DNA of 64,000 nt from Chlorokybus atmophyticus (Eukaryota; Plantae; Mesostigma and Chlorokybus algae): NCBI GenBank assembly GCA_009103225.1, contig RHPI01003642.1, forward strand, positions 94,451 through 158,450, in the 5' to 3' direction. The notes beneath the pieces are model-generated. The model had not been told where the DNA came from. It made no database searches and was given only the letters and a program-made list of their open reading frames with translations. The translations under genes and the position numbers were made by a program. Of the stretch, positions 12,964 through 27,500 are shown in pieces; the first letter of the stretch is position 1; every line of letters begins with the position of its first letter.

Positions 12964-15111
12964 TCACCTTGCACCATCCTTGTGGCGCTCGCGCTCTATA
13001 GCAGCTTGATATGGCGGTGCTATCGGAGGCGCAACAGGCGGCAACGGTACATACTTGGCAGCTGTGCCATCTGCCGAATCCGGTTGCAGCTGCAACGGGT
13101 AGGACTGGTCCGCATCGTACCCGCTCAGGTCCCCGCACGACACGAATGGCACGAGAACCCTGTTGATGCCTGTGCTGTACTGCTGGCTGGCCACATCTGC
13201 ACAAGTGCACCACAGTGAGTAATGTCTCATGGTTGTTCATGTAATGCTGTCACATGTACCATAATCTTTTCCGCCAGACGTGCCTGTAGCAGCTCCTTCC
13301 AACATAGCGCGCAACTGTGAGGGGTCAAAGCTTTCTGGAGGGGCGTACCCTTCGCATACTACGAAAGCCTCTGCATGACATGAAAAATGAGCCATGTCGT
13401 AGACACTGCACGCACACACAGGCAACATGTGGGGTTGTGTTCCAACATGTGTCTCATGTACGCACCTATTGAAGAGTTCCGGCTGCTCTTAGGCTTGGCA
13501 CAAGTGACTCGAGGGAAAAACATCTTCAACTGCAAGAAGGCAGCAAATGTTGTTGGCTGAGGTCAAGAAGCCAGGCAAGTCACTGTTGCAACAAACCTGA
13601 GCGTATAGCAGGCTGATGTCTTTGCCTCGAAAAATCTTTGCCACAAAGTTGCCACCCGGACGCAGAACGTGTGTGACTATGGTCAAGGCCTGCGAGGACA
13701 CATTTGGTTGGCAATGACACTCTTGTCACACGAGCAATGCAAAGTGACAGATGTGTAAGTCACCGCAAGGATCAGTTGCGCCTGAACGAACTCGTCCATG
13801 TCGTGCAGTCCAGTCACTGCGAAAGAGCAACTTGATTGGTGAAAATGCATGCGGTGCACAATGTGCACACAGTAACAACTATACCGTACCATCAGGTGCT
13901 CCATCACAAACAACAAGGTCTGCTTTCTCGCCGTCAAAGTGAGAGATGACCTGTTAAGGGCAGCCCAGTGAGTAGCATGTGGGCTTGCAGCTACCTGCAT
14001 GCGCAAGGTTTATGCTGAATCTTGCACCCTTGTGTGACTTTGAGTGACCCTGCCTGGTGCAAGCCTGAACGAATGCGAGCATGCAAAATTGCTACACAAG
14101 CTCAGGGTGACTCCCACCTCTTGCGCAGTGCGCAGGGATGTGATGTCACCCTGTATTTGCACAACGCCTTCCAGAGGCGCCATGGGTTGCAAGTCCACAG
14201 CCACGATGCGAGGTGGGCCCCCTGCACTGTTCGCTCACGTGAGTGTGCGCCTTTGTGCGAACCAGCAACCAAAGCCAACCAATGTCATTCAATGCAAAGT
14301 GTACAACGGCAACATGCAGCAGAATGCAGGCCGTCACCTTGAAGCCATCTTTCGTGGGCCGTACAACTTCCTACTCAGCACCTTCAAGGGCAAAGTAGTG
14401 ATTGTGGGCACTGCATGCACCAACAAGCACATCTACCGGACAGAGCAAGCAGACCAGTACCTGACTCCAACTTCCTGGCGCAGCGCAAAGGTCCACCACG
14501 CGGTTGACACCTGCAGCAGAGCAGGGATTGGCCTTGGGTTAGCTGGAGAGCTTGTTGCTAGGGATTTTGCCAAACTTTCATTGTAGGTGTGATGGGCAGT
14601 TACCTTGGAGGATGCCAAATTCTTCATCTATTTGCATCAGTTTGAAAGCGCTCCGTGCTCGCCATCCCTCCTCCTTGGCCTTGCGGTAGTAGATGTCCTG
14701 TAACCGTCGAGGTGAGTACGCTCCCCGTCACAAGTGCACAACAAAGTAAAGTGCAATGCCACAGGAGTAGGCACGCTAGGGCTGCGGCTACTGACAACGT
14801 AAAAGGCAACAGAAACAGCGTTCCTTGGCTTTGCAATTCGAGATACTACGCAGCAGTAGCAGCAAAGTCGTACGAGCTGCTGGCACGTGTTTTAGACAGA
14901 ACACTGCGTATCGTATACATCTACAAGAGCACTGGCATTGAGCATAATCACCGTAGTTCAATACAGCCGCAGTTGTTGAGCTTGGCACTCATGACACTCA
15001 TCTGATGCTCGTTCAAAACTCAACATTGTACCAGTCAACCAGAAAGAAACAGATCAGCAATCACGATGGACAACCGGTCCTTACCCGCCGGTCCTTGGAG
15101 GCTCTTCCCAT
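12964..15111 (-). CDS. TRM7: tRNA (cytidine32/guanosine34-2'-O)-methyltransferase, FtsJ/Trm7 family
   Basis: Exon 1 MGRASKDRR splices to [27 protein letters not shown]. Later motifs are [26 protein letters not shown] and [18 protein letters not shown]. Confidence 0.95.
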
Positions 15112-15500
15112 ATTGCCGCCGCCACCGCCACCGCCACCGCCATGCACAGCAAAGCGCGCGGCAGAGGCTTCAGACGTTGATCAGGGTCACACGACGACCA
15201 GCACGCAACCGGATCGACTGCTCCGGCTCGGTTCGGGACGAACGACGCAACAGCAGCAGCAGCAGCAGAGCGACGAAATACATGCAACTGTAGAGCTGCT
15301 TTTGTGCTGGGCTCTTTAAGGTGTCGCTGGTGTCGTCGGCGTGGCTGTGGGTGGTGTCGGCATTGTGGGCGGGTGCCCTACGACTCGCGAAGCATGCTCA
15401 GAGCTGTGCCGAGCGCTGCATAGGTGTCCGAGTAGTAGGTGTCAACTTGTGCAGCCTGGGTTCTCTTGGTAGTGTAGTCTCTTCACTCCTCCCACCCCAC

Positions 15501-17060
15501 ATGGCGAAGGTGTGCTGCAGCGGGGCCATGGCTGCGGCGGCGGTCATTGCGCCGTTGCCAGCTGGTACCACGAGCGCTTCGCTGGTTGCGGCGGCTGCCG
15601 TTGCCCCGGCCGTTGGACAGCGCCGGTCTGCTGCATTTGGAACGCGCCTGCTCGCTAAGGTGCGCGCTTGGCGTTGCATTGTGACAGCTGTGCTCACTTA
15701 CAGCATTGCGCTGTTGTAACAGCTGAAGTTGCTATACGATGTGGGTCACACCAGCGCTCAAAGCATGGCAGTTTCAATTGCACCTTGTAGCTAGTAATCG
15801 CATTCTCACTGTATTCTCATTCACTCTACCAGTCAAGCGTTACCTTGTGTTGTCAAGATATATATCAGCTGGATTGTAGCCTCTTGCAATGGCGACTTCA
15901 GAAGTCTTAACACACTGCGTCATCCCATAACAGCAGTCCGAGTATGTCAGCCCAACATCAACTTCAAACTTGAGTTGTTCTCGCAGCTTCCGCAACGGCT
16001 AGCAAAAGCTTCATACAACAGAACTACTACTGCAGCGAGCTTCACAGGGCAACAAACGGTTAGACGTGTTGTCAGCCTGTATACCTCTCAGCAGTGCTTG
16101 GAAAGCTATCATCTGTCTATACCTGCAGCTAACGGCGTGATCCGTTTATGGTTTATACTTGCAGGTTCCGATGATGATTAAGGGAATACAGCATGCTGGT
16201 ATTACAACCAGTGATGTTGAGACATCTATGGTGCGCGCCTTGCCACAGCAGTACTTATGTCGTGAACGTTTGTCTCTCTATGTCAAGTTAATTGTCGCAC
16301 TTTTTCTGATGCAGAGGTTTTACATTGACATCCTTGGTGGCAACCTGGTTACGGACGAGATTGGCATCACCGGGACGGAGTTTTTCTCTACGCTGATGGC
16401 CAAGGAAATTGATGATCTCAAGAGACTGGACCTCAAACCACCCGCTCTGTGTGTGCCTGACATGTTCACCGGCGCAAGTAAGAGTCTTTTCGTCCCGTAC
16501 ATGGCTTGTTACACATGACACTTTAATGCACAGCGGTAGCCATACTGCAGCGCAAGCTAATAACCTTGCATGTACCGTCATGTCCAGCTTGCGTGGCGCC
16601 TCAGTGCTTTGCATGACATTCATTCATTCAACTGGTTGTTGCAGACCCTCCCTTCTTCCTGGATGTGTACTTCATCCAGTTTGACCACAATGTGGTTGAG
16701 CTCATCCACTACCGCGACGAGCACAACCGCACTTTCAATCCCGGATACTACCCGCCATTCACAAGTCCAGCAGTTCTTGGCGCCATGCATATAGACTTCA
16801 ACATCAGCCCAAGTGTCGACATTGGCGAATTCCGGCAGGAGCTGATTACTGTGTGCTCAGACCTGAACATCCCGTTCTCAGCTACAGAGGTGTCACGCAT
16901 TGATGGTGGACACTTTGAAGGTTGGAATCTGTTCTATGCCAAAGGTCCGGATGGAGAGCAGTTGGAGTTTAACCAGGTGTCTGGCGCATCGCGGCTGTTG
17001 TTCAACAAGGCTGCAAGCATGCGTGGCAAGCTGTGGTCGAGCCGTAAGAAGGTTGGGTAG
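15501..17060 (+). CDS. VOC (glyoxalase/bleomycin-resistance superfamily) metalloprotein with Ala/Ser-rich transit-peptide-like N-terminus
   Basis: Spliced product IQHAGITTSDVETSM|RFYIDILGG ... DVYFIQFDHNVVELIHY ... MHIDF ... GWNLFYAKGPDGEQLEFNQ shows the H/E/H/E ligand pattern of paired VOC modules. Start is 15501 or 15528. Confidence 0.8.
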
Positions 17061-17238
17061 ACCTGCTGTGCGCACCTGAGCTGTTGCTGCGCTGTTGGTA
17101 TCATAGATAATGTACTGGCTTCTGTTTGTAATTATGATATCCACTTTTCGTGTTGGGCACTGTTGCTCATGTGCACTGCTTGCCAAGCAATTCATTGATT
17201 GAAGTCCAGTCAGTACAGGTTTGCTATCTTTTCACTAT

Positions 17239-19176
17239 CTACCGTACTGCTTGGGCCTCTGTCGAGTCAACATGTTGACACACGGGTAAAAAATAGGTGT
17301 CCAGCTGCCAATACTTCAACTGCACTTCCTTCCACACGTCCTCTTTCAATGTAACTGGCAGAGGAATGTAAGTCGTCTCCAATCCAAGCAGCGTGAGCTC
17401 CAACCTGCGTAACGAGGCAAAATAAGTGCATACAAGTGTGATGCCTGCATGTGGTTGGATTGATTATGCGGCTTTGCAACTGTGCGCACCGAGCCACTTC
17501 ACAGCTGACGAGGTGGAAGAATGCGTTGTCCGCCGCAAGCCCGTTGAAGTACGAGTAGATGCCATTGGGTCCTAGCAATTTGGGGAGATGTGAGTGGAAC
17601 TCGCGAAGGTCATCATAATACTCCCCATACGTGTCAAAGAAGATGCCATCGTAGCTGGAAAGATCCGCAATGACGTCTTGCCATCTGCCAAACAAGATGC
17701 GCACGCCAGGCTTCTCAGCCCACCCATCCTGCCAACATCCACGCAATAAGAAACGAGGTACTACTGCGAGCTAGCACAGTATCAAAGCACACCTTCAGCA
17801 TGCGTTGGTAGACTCCCGGGTGGGCCTCTATGATTGTGTGCGATCTGGGCTGTCGCCGCTGTATTGCCGTGTCCACAAGGCCCATACCAAACCCAACATT
17901 GAGGATGTCACCCACCGGCGCACTCCCACAGACAGCCTGTCATGAGCAACAGTCAACGTGCCACAACCACTGATGCAGTCGACATGCAGGCATCTTCATT
18001 TGCCAACTGTACCTGCGCGTGTGCTTCCATGAGAGGCCCTTCCCAAGCCATCATCACCCCTTTGCTCTCATGGTCAACGAGCTTGTCTTCATCATACTGA
18101 ACATCCTTGTGCAAGTAGTCGCGGTTCGGGGCCAGCGGTAGCCGCATGCTGCGCTGTGCCGCACCCAACACGAGCTCTGCCCTGCACCCTTCCCAGCAGC
18201 TTGATGAGCATCAAGAACAAACGGCATGCAATCACGTTGTCAATGGCAACAGAAGTTCAACAAAGGCCAGCTGTGCCTCACCCGCATTGATGAGGAGGTC
18301 CACTGCCTCTTTGCTCTCGTTCTCAAGAGCGTAGTCTCCAGCACAGCGCCCATCACGATCAATGGCATTCCAAGGCGCTCCCGCAGCCAGCAACCTTTGC
18401 AAGACCTGGCACGAACTGACCAAGTTACTTTTGCAAAGCAAACCATAATTGCCACAACCGTTCCCGCTGTTCAATCACCAAGCTATACATGATTGTAGTC
18501 CGAGCAAGTGTGCGCATGTGCCTGCACACGCAAGCACTGCTGTGTACCTCTGTATGATTGGCTTTTGCAGCAGCCATCAAGGGACTGCGGCCGTCAGTGT
18601 CGTCTTGGAAGCTTGCGGCAGCGCCTGTTGTACCAACGGCAATATTCAGTAGGTGATTATCCGTCGTAATAATATTATTCACACTGTCGCTTGAAGAGTC
18701 ACTGCCATGTGCCTGCCAAACTGCTAGCTAGGCTATTGTGCATGAGAGTATTCGGCACAAGTGCTGCAACACGCAATGTCACACATGGGCGTCCGCACAG
18801 TCGTCATTCCATGTGTGCTTGCTCCGAGCACACAAGTTCCTCGCATACAAAGTCTGCACTTGCTCTTTTTGTCGTTTGCAGTGGCATCGCCAATGGTTCG
18901 TACATGCTGATGCACAGGGATAGCTGCATGCGAAACATTCTACACAGCTACCTGCAACGCAATGCTGCAATGCATGGTACTAACAGCCATGATAATCGCA
19001 ATGCAGGGAAACACACGCAGCACGGCACGCTGCCTACCGTCTTTGAGATGTGCGTCCACAGCAGCAATGTCCCCGGCTTCCGCCGCCCTCAGCAGCCGGC
19101 GCCCCAGCTGCTGCTCGGCCGCAGCCTCGGGCTGCACCATGTCCTCCTCCTCACCAGACGCCGCCGCCTCCACCAT
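17239..19176 (-). CDS. RMT2: Protein arginine N-methyltransferase 2 (ankyrin repeats + GAMT-like SAM domain)
   Basis: Ankyrin segments (GRSPLMAAA; LLAAGAPWNAID) followed by VMMAWEGPLMEAHA, LNVGFGMGLVD, HTIIEAHP, GRWQDV and YDGIFFDTYGEYY. Confidence 0.92.
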
Positions 19177-19250
19177 GACGTCAGCTTCACTTTGTGCAGT
19201 CAGCTGACACTTGCCCGGACCTCTGGTTGTTAAGCTGCTGAAGGTCAAAG

Positions 19251-22200
19251 ATGGAGCAGCGGCGGCGGTGGTGGGTTTTCTCCTGGTTGCTGGTGGTGGT
19301 GGTGGTGGTGCTGCTGGAATCGGCAGCATGGGTTTCAGCAGCAGGGTTCACCAGCACAGGCGAGTCAGCTGCAGCGGTGAACGTGACTTACGACGGCAGG
19401 GCCATCAAGCTCAATGGCCAGCGCAAGCTGCTTGTCGCCGGCGCCGTGCATTACCCGCGCAGCACTCCAGCTGTAAGCATAAGCAACAGAGCTAAAGGAA
19501 AGCTGACACACCTCACATGTCAGCACGCAATTGGTATTGGGAGCAGCAGTAGCACATACTTTCAGTCAACACCACACGTGGTCAGTTGTGCAGTTGCTTG
19601 TGCCGAGCACATTCTGGTCGCTTGAGACTGACTCACTGTTCTGTTAATCCTAGTTCCCTCTGGAGAAGTGTTGCTTTGCATTGTTTGCTGCGCTGTGGCA
19701 TGCCATCGCACAGCACAGCATACTATTGAACTGCGTAGCCAACACGAGCACACTGTAGAGAGCTTCACTTAGCTTGCTTTCCCATGCTGGCGACCTCAAA
19801 CAAGCAGACAACCCGTTTGCTTGGTTGCAGATGTGGCCTCACATTATGCGGCGATCCAAAGCCGCTGGCTTGGATGTCATCCAAGCGTATGTCTTCTGGA
19901 ACATGCACGAGCCTGTGAAGCGCCAGGTACCATGCTATCATCCACTCGCTGCGTACACATGTAGCAAGATTTCAATGACACCTGACACACAATGTAACAG
20001 TATGACTTCACGGGACGCGCCGACCTCGTGCGGTTCTTGCGTGAAGCTGCTGACGCTGGCCTCCTGGTCAACCTGCGAATAGGCCCATACGTCTGCGCTG
20101 AATGGAACCTCGGGTGAGCATTGCGTTGTTACAAAGACCAACATTACTGCGTATAAGTACACACATTGGCTGAAAGAGAAATGTAGTCGTAATCAGCGTT
20201 GTCTTGTTTGCAGCGGTTTTCCCTTCTGGCTGCGTGAAGAGCCTGGCATACAGTTTCGCACCAACAACGACGTGTTCAAGGTACAAGTGTGTTGGTGTTG
20301 CCCGTTGGCACACACGCACGCCACCTGAACAAAAAAAAAGTGGTATCTTCCATGATTTTGTGGAATTGCAGAGGGAAATGCAGACTTTCGTCCGGTACAT
20401 AGTGGACCTGGTCCGCAATGCCAGCCTTTTCTCATGGCAAGGCGGCCCTGTCATTCTCGCTCAGGTAAGGCTAGACGACAACACCATTTATGACAGTGTT
20501 CTGTCACCCACACGCTCATAGTGGATTGATTGCTAGATTGAAAATGAGTACGAGTATTTGGAGCCAGGCTGGGGCGATGCTGGCCGACAATATGTGCAAT
20601 GGGCAGCCGACATGGCCATTGGCACTGACACGGGCGTTCCTTGGATCATGTGTAAGCAGCCGGACGCACCCGGTGAAGTGGTGAGTGTGTGTTCTGCTAC
20701 TCACGTCACACCTAGAACAGTGATAAGCCGACTTATGCTGTTGCTTTCCTTCTTTGTGCAACGCAGATCAACACCTGCAATGGCCATTACTGCGACGGCT
20801 TTTTGCCCAACAGCCCCAACAAGCCCGTCATGTGGACTGAGGCTTATCCCAGCTGGTCAGCTGGTCCTTTTTTTTTATGAATGCAAATAACTTGAGCCAA
20901 TGCAACAACATGTGATGATGGACAGATGGGCCCACAGGTTCCAACACTGGGGAGAGTCCAGACCCAACAGGCCAGTTGAAGATCTGGCGTTTGCTATAGC
21001 GAGGTTCTATGCCAGGGGAGGCACGTACTCAGCATACTACATGGTGAGGCACATCGCACGTCTGTCATCAGCGTGTGCTAACACATGCTGTTACAGTGGC
21101 ATGGCGGGACAAACTATGGGCGCACGGCTGGTGGCCCGTTCATCATCACGTCATATGACTACAACGCTCCATTGGATGAGTTTGGTGCGTGAACCTTTTT
21201 CTGCTACTCTGCTGGTTTGTTGCATGCTGTGTTGCAGCTGTTGTAGACACTTAGCGGAAGCCTCCTTGCGCAGGGCTTGAGCGGTTTCCAGATTATGACC
21301 ATCTTGCAAAGCTGCACGGAGCTTTGCATGCGGTTGAGAAGGTCCTCCTGTCCAGTGATGCACCAGCCGCCTTATCCATAGGCCCCAACTGCGAGGTCTT
21401 ATGCTGCAAACCTATTTGTTGTTCTGGATGCTTACTTCTTCAAGCTTAAGACTCGAGACATCATGCTTGTTGGTCAGGCTCATGTATACGAGAACAAGCA
21501 CGGGTGCGCGGCATTCCTATCAAACAAAGATGCACTCGTCGATCGCACTGTCTCGTTTCACGGAAAGGAGTACCGATTGCCGGCATGGTCTGTGAGTATC
21601 CTCAAGGACTGCCACTCTATGGTGCACAACACTGCGGAGGTGATTTCCTACTTGATGCTCGTCTTCAAGTGTTGTGCATGCAACTTGGGAGAGGGCGATG
21701 ATATCTGTCTCACTTGTATGGCAGGTGGCCAAAGCCAATGTTGACCAGCGCGAGTGGGTGAATATAGACAGCCCACTTAAATGGAGCTTTGTCTCAGAGA
21801 CTCCTGGCATCTGGAACCACACTGCCGCCGTGGTATCTGACAAGCCGATGGAGCAGCTGCATTATACCAAAGACGATACGGACTACTTTTGGTATTCTCA
21901 CAGGCAAGTGGTACCAGTAAACATCTCCTGAGCTCGTTTGTTCGTATGTGCACGTGCGTGCGCGCATGCATGGGTGAGCTCGCGCAAGGGTTACGTGTTG
22001 CTTGCTGTGCATGTCTGCATTGTGAGAGGTTGCCTGCTTGCTGGCAGAACACATGTGGACTTGCAAGGGCAGTCTGCAAAGAACGCAAGCATTGTGGTGC
22101 CTACATTCAATGACGTTCTACACGTTTTTGTGAATGGAGAGCTGTCAGGTTTGTGCAGCTGCTGGCAGTGTTAGTTTCTAGTGCATTGTGCAGCAAACAT

Positions 22201-23468
22201 GGTGCTGGGAGGCTTTGCCTGCTTCATGGCGTAAATCAAGGCTGCGTGTGATGCAGGCACCCTGATAGCAGACAAAGGCAACCAGTTGCCTGTGGTCTTG
22301 AAGGCCGGAGCGAATGCCATTGATATCCTGAGCATGACTGTGGGTTTGCAGGTGGGTTGTGCTTTATATAACCATGCAATGCTAGTGCTATTAGTCACAG
22401 GCTGCAAGGAACACACGCAGGCTTGCAACACCACATGTCACATGCTGGCAGAACTTTGGCATTGATTACGAGTTTCAACCTGCTGGGATACGGAGCGATG
22501 TCCTTCTGGCTGAGCATGCTGAAAACTGGGTTACTTCAAGCCTAACACCGGGAAACTGGAGCCACCAGGTGGGCCCACATGCCTTCAGCGCATCTGTGGC
22601 TGAGTCAACACAGCTTTCGTGTTGTATACGTGCGCGTGTTTGTATGTAAACATCAGCACTGTTCAACAGGTGGGCATCAGGGGCGTGCAGGAACAGTGGT
22701 TCATGCAGGACGGTAGCTCAGAATGGCAAGACCTGTCACCATCCTGTACAGATCGGCCACTGACTTGGTTCATGGTATGTTTGCGATCACTTCACAACAG
22801 TGACAGTGCTGGATGTGCTTACAGCATTGGCAGCTGTGTTTGTGCATCAATGGCCACTGATGCCTGCCATGTGCGCAGACAAAGTTCGACAACCCCGTTG
22901 CTGGTATAGACGCAAGCGTTGCAGCAACACACGGACCTCCACCTGTTGTTGTGAACATGGCAAGCATGGGGAAAGGCACGATATGGGTACGATCGGTTCC
23001 AAGCACACATGTCTCCTTGTGTGCTTGCAGTTCTGCCGAGTGCGTTTCACCGGTCATGGGACAGCAGCATGTTGCACTTTGATTGAGTACACAGATTGTG
23101 ACACTGTTTTCAACGTTTTCACCTGACAGGTCAATGGGCACAATTTGGGACGATATTGGCCTCAGCTGATAGCGCCAGCTGAGGGTTGCAACAAGGCATG
23201 TGACTACCGAGGGACATATGACCCATATGCAAAATGCCGCACCAACTGTGGTCAAAGCTCCCAGATCAGGTGCCATAGCTGGTGGTGGCACCTAGCGCTG
23301 TGTGTGGTCAGCATATGTGGCTTACAATGCAAATCGTGCAGGTACTTCATACCACCCGATTGGTTACAGCCCACAGACAACCACTTTGTGGCTTTGGAGG
23401 AGATCGGGGGCAACCCAGAGGGTATCAAGTTAGAGTTCTTGCAGTCTCGTCCCACTTATGTACAGTAG
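19251..23468 (+). CDS. BGAL: Plant-type glycoside hydrolase family 35 beta-galactosidase, secreted; no C-terminal lectin domain seen
   Basis: Hydrophobic signal segment, then [47 protein letters not shown] (acid/base), [14 protein letters not shown] (nucleophile), [21 protein letters not shown] and EEIGGNP. Confidence 0.95.
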
Positions 23469-24520
23469 GGTCTTTGTTTGTCTGCATCCAGCGGTTGCTG
23501 TTGGATATATGGCAGCAGCTGCAATGCTGCAATGGCGCGCAGTGTATAGTAGGCTTTGCCAGTCTTGGGAGCGTTTCGTACATTATCTAGGGCAGCAAGG
23601 TAAGCATTTGGCACAGTAGTTGGCCAACAGCAGATGCCCCGCAATGCAACAATTAGGGTGTATGCGTATGGCAGGGCGCATACCACCTGCCCTGGATGGC
23701 TTTTTGACGGTATACCAGGTCGCTATAATCCCCAGTAATTGCCTTGTGTGGCAGCCATGCAAGGTTGGTGTTAAGTACAGGATAAGCGCCAGGCTGTTAT
23801 AAGCATGCACTTTCCCGCCACGCATCACATGCAGCAAGTTTTACGCACCTCCATGCGGCACACATGCCTGCAACCACCGGGCTAACTCTATCCTACACGC
23901 TACTCCTACACCTACTGCCCCCCTGTTAGTCATCCAAGCATATATCGACATATATTGGCAGTGGCAGTGGTAGTCTCCTGCACAGCGGCTGCGTGCATTT
24001 CCCCTTCCAGCAACAGAAAGACAGTTTTGGATTGCAGCAATGATTCGGAAAGCATGACACGTGCCTTCACAGTTGATGTGGAACTGTCACATGCACCTTC
24101 AGATATATGGTGATCTTGGTATTTACACCATCAGTGCTTTTCCTACAATGAATTCCGAGTAGGACACTGCAAGTGTTGAGAGTTCTCTAGACAAGAACGG
24201 CCTGCACAGCCATTCTTGTCTAGCGATTACATTGTACATCTCATCGAGTGTTGGTGTGTTGGCTGCCTACGCTTTTGATTTGCAATTACATTGACGTGAC
24301 CATGTGCACTGTTTGTGGAAAGCTATTGTGCTGGAATCTGCGGAGCGCGGCACAATGGATGGACGTGGGCATGTGGACAAAGTTCAAAGTGCTGTTGTTA
24401 ATGAGCGAATCAGGTTCTGAACCACCATAGGTGCTCAACTCGCTCAACTTCTTAGTCACATGCAAGTTCACGGACTACAGCTAGCGGGTGATCACAGACA
24501 TGGCCAAAAATGAGTACTAG

Positions 24521-27500
24521 TCATGATGCCAAATCATGTTCTAGGCTACGCAACAGTCCTAAATACGATTCTTCCGGGAACTCACTTTCAATTGTTTGCG
24601 CGTATGCTCTCCACAGCTGCCGGTCACCTTGAAAGAGCTCCAAGAGCAACTGGTTGCGATGAAGCAGCGTTGCCAGCACAACAACCCACTCTGTACAGCC
24701 GACGGCACGCATGTGCGCAAGCAGCACCTCAGCATCGTGCCTCATCTCCGGCGAGTCCGGACCCAACTTGGACCTTACCGTCCTCAGCGCTGAAGGGAAG
24801 TCTTCCAGCCGGGCGGCGCGGCTGCGCTCTGCTGCCAGAAAAGCCGACAAGTCAAACTGCGTGCCTTTGGCAAACTGAACCAATTGCCGCAGATCATATC
24901 TGGTCAGCAGGCGGGTTGCATGGTCGCTCAATATGCGGCCCACTGTCGTATGCAGCACGTCCGCGCGTTTCTTCGGAGCGCTGGAGGTGAAGCCAAACTT
25001 AAAGAAGGTTGATATGATGCCATCTGCACTGTCGTCAACCTCCTTGTCGCTGGTGCTCACTTCACGTCCGGAGCGTATCAGGAATCGAACTAGCTCACCG
25101 GCCAAATCGTACAGGCCGCTGCCCAGCACTGCTTGGAGAAGGCGCAAGGCCGACTGTTGGCCAACAGTTGGTCCCTCCAGCTTCTCAATCACAAGAATAT
25201 AGCATGCGGCCGTGCGGTACTGCCCGTTGCTGATGCACTGCTCGAAGAGTGTTGTAGGCTTGCCTGCCGCCTGAAAGAGTAGCGCCCAGTGACGCTCATC
25301 TGTTTTGCGCGCGACACTCACAACGACATCAACGAAATCAGGGAAATGGCTGATAAGCTCAGCCGCTGCCACAAGCATGTTGTAACCGGGGTTCTTGTCG
25401 GGATTTGGGGAGGAAATGTACGGGCCAGTGGGACTGAGCAGGCCCTGAGCTTTTCGCCTGGCGCTGGCACTCGCAGTGGCCGCATCCAGCACCGTGAACA
25501 GCAGCCACTCCAGGGAATGTGAGAAATGCGGACGACTGGTGTTTGCTGAGGCCAAAACCAACGCCTCCTCATGGGCCTCAGTCTGGAGCAGGTGCCGTAG
25601 CAGACATGGTAGAATGGGCTGCGCTTTGGGGGTAGGCTCGAAACAGGGCATGTCTGTATTTGGGACCACGCATAGTCTCTGAGAGACCCCGACAATCACT
25701 CCAGCAGCTGTAGAAACGCCCAAAGGGTACACCTCGCGGTCAAACTCCAGCTCTGGATCTTGCTGGAACAGACTGTCGGAAGAGGACGTGTCGGGAGAGG
25801 ACGGGTACCACAGCTGCATGCCCCTGTGCCCGTACGCCCACCATGGCCTCTCTGCCGCTGATGCCTCTGGTTGCGACCGTCCAGCAGTCACCCAAAAATG
25901 CTCAACGCCAGTGAGTAGTTGGCGCTCCGTTCCCTGTCGGACACGCTCTAATGGGCATAGCCGGTAACAACTAACAGGACGTATGTGAACGACAAATGTC
26001 CATGATAACTTCAGGTATAACATTGCAAACTGTACCTGTGCTATATGGAGTAGCAATAGCTGCCCATCACTGCGCAGCACTATGCAGTGATCTGGTGCAG
26101 CGTCTCCCGCGTTCAATAGTTGTGACGATGCATCGGACTTGCCATAGTTTGCCACAAACATCACTGCCACTGGAGGCCGCTTGACAGATTGCAGGGAGAG
26201 CTCGCGCACAGCTGTCAATACTGCTCTAGGACTTCCCAAAGGAGTTAGCTCACCCTGCAATCAGTGCCTGGCATCAGCATACGCCCACAGATTGGTATTT
26301 TTATGGGACAATGTGATAGGTGCGTTAAACAACACGCACCTGAACAGCCACTTGGTATACAGTCAGAGCAAACGGACTCGTCACTGTTAGGATAAACTCC
26401 CCATGTGTGTCCATAGCCAAAGGCTGCGTGGGTAGAGGCTGCCGACATAGGAGGGAGGACTGGTCTAAATGGTAACGAGGATAAAGCAGCAGTTCAAACC
26501 TGTGAAGACATGTGGCATGGGTTAACTCCAAGCTTAGCCAAGCTGACATGCTGTGCACATGTGCAACGACAAACTATGCAATCATGCATAAGTAAATATG
26601 CAACTGCTATGAGAAGTAAGCGACGTACTTTTCCGCTTTCTGCGAGCAGACAACAATGGTGCGGTGATGCCACATAAGACCTGCACAGCGTATGGCCCGC
26701 TCCTGTGAGACGTCCCCAAACATGCGCCACTTCTTGGATCGCAAGTTGAACAAGATTAGTCCCTGACGCCCAGCCACAGCAATATCCGATCCATCTTCAC
26801 TCGAGGCAACATGAACAATCGGCCAGTTGAAGGATATGTACGACTGCGCACGACCACCAGGATAAGCACATCAACACTCCGCTGACCAAGCAACCCACGC
26901 AACCATTAGTAACGGCTTCAATCAGTAAACAAGGCACCTGCGGCACTACTAGGTGTTGGATGTGCAACTGCTGCGACGCATCATTTTGTATCAACATCAA
27001 CCGGTCTTCTGCCTGACAACCGCAAAATGAAAGTGTCAACACAACACGTGTGCATGTGTCCATGTGTGCGCGCGAGTATGCGCCGAAGGCTGCAATGCGC
27101 ACCTGCAACATCTCCCAAACTGCAGATGTGCGGGCGACAGAGCTGGTCATGCTGCCCTTTGCGAATGGAAACTGCAACAGTCGTGGAGCTGTTCCTAGCG
27201 ATAACTCGGCTGCCATCAGGTAGTAGCCTTCAGGTCCCCAGGCTGCTGTTGTGACCCCACCCTCCAAGGGCTCGCCATGTGTGCTTGAGGATGCACTTGT
27301 AAGGGGTGAGGCAGATACGCCGCTGCCACCCTATGGAAAGAAAGTTGACAAATTATCGTATATGAATGCAACCACAGCCCTGCTGCAATGATAAAGCCAG
27401 AAAATGACATGTTACCAAGTACAACTCAACAACATCTCACCTGACGAATCGTGCACATAAGCCGGCAGCCAGAGACTGACCACACACTCAATCCACGTAA

